Shown: positions 1 through 6,677 of the stretch, in pieces | Position numbering within the stretch: position 1 is the stretch's first letter | How the letters are laid out: each line of letters begins with the position of its first letter | Virus record (IMG/VR): IMGVR_UViG_3300017917_002838 | Location: 40,556-104,555 of that record | Strand: one strand, 5' to 3' | Length of the DNA stretch: 64,000 nt | Source of the DNA: a virus | The notes under the pieces: model-generated | Databases searched by the model: none | What the model was told of the DNA's origin: nothing | What the model saw: only the letters and a program-made list of their open reading frames with translations | Translations under genes and position numbers: made by a program

Positions 1-158
1 CAAACTATTGCCCAACCAACTATTGTTCTGGCCATGCCAGTCAAAGTTAACCATGCTATAAAGAATCCAAGCAAAGTAAATGTTTGATTCATTATTTCAA
101 TGGTAGAATCCTTGACCCATGAAAGAAAACCTTTTATCATTTTCATTACTAGTTTCAT
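1..158 (-). CDS. Small membrane protein, partial (runs off window start); possible holin
   Basis: Read manually: ATG at 158 overlaps the upstream stop (TAATG); MKLVMKMIKGFLSWVKDSTIEIMNQTFTLLGFFIAWLTLTGMARTIVGWAIV..., hydrophobic helices. Confidence 0.6.
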   Translation of the reverse strand, partial: MKLVMKMIKGFLSWVKDSTIEIMNQTFTLLGFFIAWLTLTGMARTIVGWAIV

Positions 159-2617
159 TAGATCCTCCTTGCTGACAATATGTTTGCTACTGCATTCATT
201 ACCTGAGATACAATAATCACAGGAATAATTACTTCTTGTGCTTTTTCTCTTTGATCGTCTGTCATGTCTGAACCGAGACTTGCCAATGCCTCTCCTGGAT
301 TAGACAATAGATCTCCTGCAAAATTTGCTAATTCTGTAAAACTTTCTGCTGCTCCAGCAAAAGCTGCTCCGGGATCAGTAAATACTTCTGCAATTGCTGT
401 TGCTACTTGCTCCGCTTGTATTTCAGTCGCAACATCAGCAAGTGTATATGGCATAGGGGCATTTTGATTTGCCTCCGCTCTCTGGCTAAATTGTTCTACA
501 GCTTGCGCTATAACTTCATCTGTTTTAATTAATTCAGCCAATTGTTTTATTTCTGATTCAGATAAATTTGTTGATTTTATTACATCCATTAAATTTTCAG
601 TTTCTTTTTCAGAAAGACCACTATCTTCTAATATATTTGCTATAATTAATTCATCTTTAGAAAGGTTGTCATTTGGAAGAGTTTTTTCCTCGTCATCAAT
701 TATGGTCTCTTCAGGACTTGGAGAGTCTATATTTTCTTCAACGGGATCTTCTTGCACAGGAGTCTGGTCTTCAATCGAATCTTCTTCTGCTGGAACAGGT
801 TCTGGATTTGATTCATTATCGTCTACGGGATTCTGTTCATCAACTGGAGTTTGATCAATTGGTTCAGTTGGTTCAACAGGAACTTCTGAATCCGGATTTG
901 GATTTGGATCTGGTTCCGGCTCTTCAGTGGGCTCGACAACAGGATCGGGATTTGGAATTACTGGTGGAGGACTTGGTATCACAACAGGAGGTTCTGGTGC
1001 GGGAGGAGGAGCAGGTGGAACATATGGTTCCGGTGCAGGAGTTGGGGTCGGAGTTGGCTCGACAGGTGCGGGAGAAGTTGGAGTGGGCGAAGGCTCCGTG
1101 GGAGTTGGAGATGGACTCTGGGTGGGTTCTGGACTCTGGGTGGGCTCAGGACTTGGGGAAGGTGGAGGAGTAGGAGCATCTTTATAGGTAACAGAAACTA
1201 TAAGAACTTTTACAACTCCTGGTACTGGATCTCCAAAAATAGTATTCGTGGCTGATAGGTTTGCGCTAGACATATTTGTAAATTGTTGAGTTAATTGCGA
1301 TGAAACATTTGATCCAAAATTTCCATCATTTGGATCTCCATACCAAGCATTTATTGAATTTATTACTTTGTTTTCTGGAGCAGTAATTGTTAGCGTATCA
1401 TTTTCATTAATTGTATATTGTGGAGTAAAGGGAAGTGGTGCTGGAACATATACTGGTGTAACATTTATAGAAGCATATAGATTAACTTCTCCGCTCCAGT
1501 TAGCAACCTTTATTTCATATTGACATCCATTTTGCAGATTATTTATTACAAATGACGTTGGGTGCCCATCCGTATTTAAAGTTTGTCCCGCATAAGAATT
1601 TGAACATCCTTGAGGAGCATTTACCTGATAAAACCAAGTATTTGCATTTGGGTGAGACGCAGATATTGTTGCTGACTCGTTTCCTGCTAAAGCAGATATT
1701 GTAGGCGCAATATCTGGTATATATGTAGAAACTATATTTGAGTCCGGAGAATAAACACTAAGACTATCGTTATCAGCTCTTATCTTAAACTGATATTGTT
1801 TTCCTCTACCATCTTGTGCAATTGTTGTGTATGGAATTGATATTGATGTATTTAATGCAGTTGGACTTCCAACATTACCAGTTGCTATACCCCAACCATT
1901 TGTTGTAAAGTTTGATGTAGACCAACTTATAGCATATCTTTCTACTGCAGTATTAGCTTCAGTTGGAGATGGAGCAGTCCATGATAATGTTACATTAGTT
2001 CCATCATGTGTTGCAGTTAATACACTTGGTGCATTTAATGATGGGGTTGGTGGAGGTGGAGCTACCTCTGTTGAAAAAGCAGAATTTGGAACTATTACAA
2101 TTGAAGAATTTGGAAGTTGCCAAAATAATCTTGCTGTTGCACCTCCGCCAGTTTCATGATGAAGAATTTCTATTGTATATGATTGTCCTGCAACCATGTT
2201 AATCGATCCGGCTGAATTATAAAATCTTGGACCTTGTTCTACCCAGTTATATATAACATTAGTATTATTTATTCTTAATATAAAACCATCATCGCTGGAG
2301 TTTCTAAATATAATATTACCAGTAACTGGTGAAACTATTGTGCCAATCCAAAGATTTGTAAAAAAATCTGGTTGACTGGGCAAGCATTGTGTTGCTCCGC
2401 CACCCCAATTATAATCTAAGTTTGAAGAAATACCACAATTTGTTGTAAAATTTGAAGGATCGAATGTTATTTGGGTATTTGGGGTGCTTGTTTGTTCTGC
2501 TTTTGAATACCAGCTAAGACCGGATGTAGGAATTCCGCTGGCAGATTCGGCAAAGCCGAAGAAGGATGACCCTATAATCATCCCTAATGCGCCTAAAATT
2601 CTTAACCATTTGCCCAA
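158..2617 (-). CDS. Secreted/membrane-anchored surface protein: signal peptide, PA14 domain, fibronectin-III-like domains, galactose/rhamnose-lectin-like domain, Pro/Glu-rich stalk, C-terminal hydrophobic anchor
   Basis: N-terminal signal peptide; PA14 motif (DFFTNLWIG...SDDGFILRIN...HETGGGA); FN3-like (LNAPSVLTA...VTLSWTAP...YQFKIRADN); lectin-like AWYGDP...NTIFGDPVPGVVKVL; PT/PE repeats; IIPVIIVSQV near C-terminus. Confidence 0.75.
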   Translation of the reverse strand: MGKWLRILGALGMIIGSSFFGFAESASGIPTSGLSWYSKAEQTSTPNTQITFDPSNFTTNCGISSNLDYNWGGGATQCLPSQPDFFTNLWIGTIVSPVTGNIIFRNSSDDGFILRINNTNVIYNWVEQGPRFYNSAGSINMVAGQSYTIEILHHETGGGATARLFWQLPNSSIVIVPNSAFSTEVAPPPPTPSLNAPSVLTATHDGTNVTLSWTAPSPTEANTAVERYAISWSTSNFTTNGWGIATGNVGSPTALNTSISIPYTTIAQDGRGKQYQFKIRADNDSLSVYSPDSNIVSTYIPDIAPTISALAGNESATISASHPNANTWFYQVNAPQGCSNSYAGQTLNTDGHPTSFVINNLQNGCQYEIKVANWSGEVNLYASINVTPVYVPAPLPFTPQYTINENDTLTITAPENKVINSINAWYGDPNDGNFGSNVSSQLTQQFTNMSSANLSATNTIFGDPVPGVVKVLIVSVTYKDAPTPPPSPSPEPTQSPEPTQSPSPTPTEPSPTPTSPAPVEPTPTPTPAPEPYVPPAPPPAPEPPVVIPSPPPVIPNPDPVVEPTEEPEPDPNPNPDSEVPVEPTEPIDQTPVDEQNPVDDNESNPEPVPAEEDSIEDQTPVQEDPVEENIDSPSPEETIIDDEEKTLPNDNLSKDELIIANILEDSGLSEKETENLMDVIKSTNLSESEIKQLAELIKTDEVIAQAVEQFSQRAEANQNAPMPYTLADVATEIQAEQVATAIAEVFTDPGAAFAGAAESFTELANFAGDLLSNPGEALASLGSDMTDDQREKAQEVIIPVIIVSQVMNAVANILSARRI

Positions 2618-2660
2618 TTAAGACTACTCCAAGTATGAGTTTTGTACCCATACACTAAAG

Positions 2661-2669
2661 ATTATACCA
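2661..2669 (-). promoter_or_regulatory. Extended -10 promoter (TGGTATAAT)
   Basis: TGnTATAAT consensus in the intergenic gap upstream of the 819-aa gene. Confidence 0.65.
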
Positions 2670-2698
2670 TCTTAACTAGTTTAAACTATTTTAGTTAA

Positions 2699-2881
2699 CT
2701 ACTTTTTATTATCTGTTTTATAAAATCCTGGACCTTTAAACTGGACGCCAATAGATTTATATGATCTAATCATTTTATATCCGCATTTTTCACATAAAGG
2801 AAAAACTTCTTCATCAGATATTTTTCTTTCAATTTCTTTATATTCATCACAATTCATGCAAGTATATTCATATCTTGGCAT
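2699..2881 (-). CDS. FmdB-family zinc-ribbon protein
   Basis: MPRYEYTCMNC...CEKCG...GVQFKGPGFYKTD, typical FmdB/CxxC_CxxC pattern. Confidence 0.85.
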   Translation of the reverse strand: MPRYEYTCMNCDEYKEIERKISDEEVFPLCEKCGYKMIRSYKSIGVQFKGPGFYKTDNKK

Positions 2882-2894
2882 ACTTTATCCTATA

Positions 2895-2926
2895 AATAAA
2901 AATGGGGGCAGTTTACCTGCCCCCAT
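2895..2926 (-). terminator. Intrinsic terminator
   Basis: ATGGGGGCAG-GTAAA-CTGCCCCCAT followed by TTTTATT on the minus strand. Confidence 0.85.
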
Positions 2927-2937
2927 AGTTTATCGCT

Positions 2938-3951
2938 TTACTTTTTGATTTTCTTTAGGAGAGCTGCATACTTCTTTTGCAAAGCTGTTAAATCAGCCTT
3001 GGCTTTTGCTAACTCTGCTTCTAGTGTTGCTTTTGTATTTGCAGCGGTCTTTTGTACAAGATCTACTGTTCCTAGAGCTTGTGCTAAATCTGCTTTTGTT
3101 TTAGCATGTGCAACTTTTTCAGCAGCAAGTTCTTCGGCAGCCTTAGCAGCCACCGCTTTAAGATTTGTTACTTCAGAAGCTAAATCTGATACAGTAACAA
3201 ACTTTACTGTTGATTTCTTTGCTGCATCTAGTCCATCTACATCAGTAACTGCTCCTGGAAGAGCAATGCTTACAGCAGCCTGTCCAGCAGTTGCAGCATA
3301 CTTTGTGCTGAATTTTGAAAGACCAGTTGTTGCATCTGATGCTGTGGCAGCAACTTCAATTGTTGCTCCAATAACAGTAACAGCTGGTGTTACTCCACCA
3401 ACTACGTTACCAAAAATATCAGTTACCTTTACTGTATTTTCTACAATACTTGCAGTGCTTACATCAGACTTAACTGTAGCATCAATATTATATGCTCCAC
3501 CTGCTGTACCTTTCACATAATATGTAAGTGTATTTGAACCATTAACAATTGTTACAGTTCCAACTTCAGTTGTTGTTGTATAAACAAAAAACTCTGCCGT
3601 ATTTCCTGTACCAACATTAATTGTTAGGCTGGCAGCACCAGACTTTGAGGTTACTGGTGTTGTTGAAGTATGAAGAGCAGAAACTACAAAAGCTTTTGCT
3701 GTAGTAACAGCAACGCTGGTTCCTGGAACAATGTTTGATAGAGCAAACCTTACTGCATCTGTTGCTTCTACCTTATTGTCTGCAGGAACTGCTGCAATTG
3801 CAGCTCCAGCAATTGTATTTGCATCTGTGTCAGCAACTGAATTTACAGTAACCACAACAGTTGGAAGATTTGCATGTGCCGGAGCAACTGCAATTAAAGA
3901 GCCTAAAATTGCCAAAGGCAATGCTAGAGCAATGTTCTTAACTTTTTTCAT
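2938..3951 (-). CDS. Signal-peptide surface protein (S-layer/Ig-like, C-terminal coiled coil)
   Basis: MKK...AHA signal peptide, Ala/Thr/Val-rich beta body, basic coiled-coil C-terminus. Confidence 0.6.
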   Translation of the reverse strand: MKKVKNIALALPLAILGSLIAVAPAHANLPTVVVTVNSVADTDANTIAGAAIAAVPADNKVEATDAVRFALSNIVPGTSVAVTTAKAFVVSALHTSTTPVTSKSGAASLTINVGTGNTAEFFVYTTTTEVGTVTIVNGSNTLTYYVKGTAGGAYNIDATVKSDVSTASIVENTVKVTDIFGNVVGGVTPAVTVIGATIEVAATASDATTGLSKFSTKYAATAGQAAVSIALPGAVTDVDGLDAAKKSTVKFVTVSDLASEVTNLKAVAAKAAEELAAEKVAHAKTKADLAQALGTVDLVQKTAANTKATLEAELAKAKADLTALQKKYAALLKKIKK

Positions 3952-3958
3952 TTATCTC

Positions 3959-4408
3959 CTAATTAATTTCTTTCAATGAATTGATTGTAATTACCCTTGG
4001 CTTTTTATCTTCTGGGATTTCTTTTACAATCTTAATAGAAAGTATACCATTCTCCATGTCTGCAGATACTACCTTGCAATGTTCTGCTAGAGCAAAGACT
4101 CTTGTAAACTTTCGTTTTGCAATACCGTGATGAACATAAGTTTCTTCTGTACTTTCTTGTCCACCCTCGATCTTGAGATTTCCATTCTCTTCTACCACTA
4201 CGATGTCATCCTTAGAAAATCCTGCGAGAGCCATGTCAATAACATGTGTATCGTCAGAAATTTTTCTGATGTTATATGGTGGGAAGGTCCCAGAATTAAT
4301 ATGTTTTACGTTTTCTAGTCTTGGCCATAGGTCATTGAATCCAATAAAAAATGGATCAGACCAAAAATTAGATGGCAATAGGGAATTGAATTTATCGTAT
4401 GTAATCAT
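3959..4408 (-). CDS. hsp20: Small heat-shock protein Hsp20 (IbpA-like)
   Basis: FPPYNI...MALAGFSKDDI...HHGIAKRKFTRVFALAE...ADMENGILSI alpha-crystallin motifs; SD AGGAG. Confidence 0.95.
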   Translation of the reverse strand: MITYDKFNSLLPSNFWSDPFFIGFNDLWPRLENVKHINSGTFPPYNIRKISDDTHVIDMALAGFSKDDIVVVEENGNLKIEGGQESTEETYVHHGIAKRKFTRVFALAEHCKVVSADMENGILSIKIVKEIPEDKKPRVITINSLKEIN

Positions 4409-4460
4409 TTATTTCTCCTTTTAAGCGAGTATAGTTGATACCCCCATTAGGCGGGTACCA
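4409..4460 (-). promoter_or_regulatory. ROSE-like RNA thermometer in the hsp20 5' UTR
   Basis: 5' hairpin GGTACCCGCC-TAAT-GGGGGTATC, then CUC(G)CU-UAAA-AGGAG pairing the SD with the UCGCU ROSE motif. Confidence 0.6.
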
Positions 4461-4465
4461 ACTAT

Positions 4466-4474
4466 ATTATATCA
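4466..4474 (-). promoter_or_regulatory. Extended -10 promoter (TGATATAAT) for hsp20
   Basis: TGnTATAAT immediately upstream of the structured leader. Confidence 0.65.
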
Positions 4475-4478
4475 AATG

Positions 4479-5087
4479 TTACTTCTTTTTAGTAGCTGGC
4501 TTTTTAGCTGCTGGCTTTGCTGCTGGCTTTGCAGCAGCTTTTGTAGTAACTTCTTTCTTCTTTACTGGTGTACCAAATGCTGGTCTTCCAAATCCTACAA
4601 TTGCTACTGGCTTGCTAGGCATAACCTTAGAGCCGTTCTTTTTCTTGTAGGCACGACGTTGAAGGCAAACTTCTCCGCCGTTTCTTTGATCTCCAGCCTT
4701 AGCTTTTGTTGTATTTCCTTCAATTACCATAACGGTTCCGTCCCCGTTATCCTTTACAACAATTCCAACGTGAGAAATTCTATCTACGCCGTCTGCTGGA
4801 AAGTCAAAGTAGGCAATATCTCCTGGCTGTGGACTCGCTTCTTCCGCCTTTTGCCAGGTTCCGGCTTTCATAAATGCTTGTGCTCCAGCTGGGGTATACA
4901 CCGTATTTGGCATCTTTACCTGAGCCTCATTAGCACACCACATAACAAAACTTCCACACCATGGTTGGAAATTTGAACCGGTAAATGCACCATATTTTGT
5001 TTCGTTATCTTTAGGACCTTCAATAGTTCCTTCTTCTGCAAGCGCAACTTCTACTAGTCGTGCTGCCGAACCTTGTACTGCTGCCAT
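4479..5087 (-). CDS. CHAP-domain endolysin/amidase with Lys/Ala/Pro-rich C-terminal tail
   Basis: QPWCGSFV (catalytic Cys), ISHVGIV (His), VIEGN; C-terminal KPAAKPAAKK. Confidence 0.85.
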   Translation of the reverse strand: MAAVQGSAARLVEVALAEEGTIEGPKDNETKYGAFTGSNFQPWCGSFVMWCANEAQVKMPNTVYTPAGAQAFMKAGTWQKAEEASPQPGDIAYFDFPADGVDRISHVGIVVKDNGDGTVMVIEGNTTKAKAGDQRNGGEVCLQRRAYKKKNGSKVMPSKPVAIVGFGRPAFGTPVKKKEVTTKAAAKPAAKPAAKKPATKKK

Positions 5088-5095
5088 TATTCTCC

Positions 5096-5554
5096 TTAGT
5101 TACCGTTGATCATAGTCGTTAGAGATGAAGTCATTTTCCATCTCCACTTTTCGTGAGCAGTTATTCTATCTGCAAAAAAATTTGCAACGCCTTGCTCTTG
5201 AGCATCATTTGCAAGAATAAATGCTTGCTTTAGGTCGTTAATAATAATGTCGTTAGAAACAACCAAAGATCTTAACATTTCGATTGGATTATTATCATTC
5301 ATCGAAAGATCGTATTTTATAGTTGCTGTTCCGGAAATTTTATTGACATCAAACTCTGCAAATTGTCTGAATATTCTAATCCATTCAGCGTATTGATCTA
5401 TAGAATCCCACGCATCATTATAAATATCCGAGAACATTTCATGGAATTGATCAAATAAAATTCCTTCTACATTCCAATGATATCCGTGAGCTTTTGTATA
5501 ATAGACAAATACATTTGCTTGTAAAAGTCTTAATTGTTGCAATAAAGCTTCCAT
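5096..5554 (-). CDS. dps: Dps / ferritin-like DNA-protection protein
   Basis: KAHGYHWNVEG...FHEMF...IDQYAE ferroxidase motif; HEKWRW near the end. Confidence 0.92.
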   Translation of the reverse strand: MEALLQQLRLLQANVFVYYTKAHGYHWNVEGILFDQFHEMFSDIYNDAWDSIDQYAEWIRIFRQFAEFDVNKISGTATIKYDLSMNDNNPIEMLRSLVVSNDIIINDLKQAFILANDAQEQGVANFFADRITAHEKWRWKMTSSLTTMINGN

Positions 5555-5581
5555 TATTAACTCCTAATTAATTTATTATCA

Positions 5582-5590
5582 AGTATACCA
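5582..5590 (-). promoter_or_regulatory. Extended -10 promoter (TGGTATACT) for dps
   Basis: TGnTATAcT between tRNA-Arg and dps. Confidence 0.55.
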
Positions 5591-5598
5591 TTTGCTTG

Positions 5599-5671
5599 CG
5601 CCCTAGGCAAGATTCGAACTTGCGACCAACGGATTAGAAGTCCGCTACTCTATCCACTGAGCTACTAAGGC
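5599..5671 (-). tRNA. tRNA-Arg(TCT)
   Basis: GCCTTAG...GCGGA-CTTCTAA-TCCGT...GTTCGAATC...CTAGGGC-G cloverleaf; no encoded CCA. Confidence 0.95.
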
Positions 5672-5672
5672 G

Positions 5673-5745
5673 TACTTCCAACGGGGTTCGAACCCGCGTT
5701 ACCGCCGTGAAAGGGCGGCGTCCTAGGCCACTAGACGATGGAAGC
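5673..5745 (-). tRNA. tRNA-Glu(TTC)
   Basis: GCTTCCA...CCGCC-CTTTCAC-GGCGG...GTTCGAACC...TGGAAGT-A. Confidence 0.95.
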
Positions 5746-5746
5746 G

Positions 5747-5820
5747 TGGGGCGTGTAGGGCTCGAACCTACGACTACCGGATTATGAGTCCGGGGCTCTA
5801 ACCAACTGAGCTAACGCCCC
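5747..5820 (-). tRNA. tRNA with CAT anticodon, probably Ile2 (lysidine-modified) rather than Met
   Basis: GGGGCGT...CCGGA-CTCATAA-TCCGG...ACGCCCC-A; paired G1-C72 and no GGG/CCC anticodon stem, so not initiator; resembles actinobacterial Ile2 as I recall it. Confidence 0.85.
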
Positions 5821-5825
5821 CAACA

Positions 5826-5855
5826 ACAAAGGCTATCATTTCTGATAGCCTTTGT
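5826..5855 (-). terminator. Perfect 13-bp hairpin with GAAA loop directly upstream of the tRNA cluster (terminator or processing signal)
   Basis: ACAAAGGCTATCA-GAAA-TGATAGCCTTTGT then TGTTG and the tRNA 5' end. Confidence 0.55.
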
Positions 5856-5947
5856 CTATAACTATAACATCCCAAGGTAGCGAGCCCGAATGTAGTAGGT
5901 GTTTTGGGGACCCTACTACTTAAAGTATATTACATAAATATTCTAAA

Positions 5948-6109
5948 TTATTTAGTTTTATTGTTTTTTTCTTCTGAAGCATATAAAGCTTTTAAATGCG
6001 CTATAGCTGCACTTCTAGTTGGGTGACATCCGACAAGCTTGCCGTCTCCCTCTTTAACTACAGCATATCCGCTGCATCCTGCAGCATTTTGTTTGATTTG
6101 CCAAGGCAT
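5948..6109 (-). CDS. Small phage protein, 53 aa (not in ORF track)
   Basis: MPWQIKQNAAGCSGYAVVKEGDGKLVGCHPTRSAAIAHLKALYASEEKNNKTK; SD AAGGAG upstream. Confidence 0.75.
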   Translation of the reverse strand: MPWQIKQNAAGCSGYAVVKEGDGKLVGCHPTRSAAIAHLKALYASEEKNNKTK

Positions 6110-6118
6110 TTTTTCTCC

Positions 6119-6448
6119 TTAATTATTTGGTAATTCTTTAGAGTCCATAGGAATTATTCCATACTCTCTAGCAACATTTAGACCTTCCTGTGTCATTCTA
6201 AAAGATGCCTCTAGATTTTCATCATATTCTATTTCTACATAACCTTCTTCATACAAGTTTTGTAGAACATTGTCTATGTGATCCATATGTGCACTCCACA
6301 ATTCTGGGGCCACATCCTTTGCTTTATTTGTTATTCCATAAATAAATTGACCATCATCATCAATTCCACTAAGCTCTATGGCACCTATTTCAATATAGTG
6401 ATTTAATCTTTCATATTCATATTCATCGCCAAGATCTTCATCAAACAT
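6119..6448 (-). CDS. Hypothetical acidic protein (possible winged helix)
   Basis: ORF track; fills the operon between neighbours. Confidence 0.7.
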   Translation of the reverse strand: MFDEDLGDEYEYERLNHYIEIGAIELSGIDDDGQFIYGITNKAKDVAPELWSAHMDHIDNVLQNLYEEGYVEIEYDENLEASFRMTQEGLNVAREYGIIPMDSKELPNN

Positions 6449-6677
6449 TTTCTCTCATCGCTTCCTCTACTATTTGTTGAACAAACTCAGAAAAGTGTTT
6501 TCTGATGCTTCCGGCTGGTCTGCCATTTAACTCTTTCCATAATCTAGTATACTCTATTACGTTTGCATATGTAGTTGGGCATAGCATAATTTCATTATAT
6601 TGTCTTAAAACGGTAGGAAGCGGGACGTGTTTACCACAACATTTACATTCTTTTGCAAGTATTTGATATTTATTCAT
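6441..6677 (-). CDS. Hypothetical Cys-containing protein
   Basis: CKCCG...C motif; ATGA overlap with terminase stop. Confidence 0.7.
   Translation of the reverse strand: MNKYQILAKECKCCGKHVPLPTVLRQYNEIMLCPTTYANVIEYTRLWKELNGRPAGSIRKHFSEFVQQIVEEAMRENV

Noticed and set aside
860-1180. Purine/G-rich repetitive tract as a regulatory or mobile element
   Set aside because: Fully explained by the Pro/Thr/Glu-rich stalk codons of the 819-aa gene.
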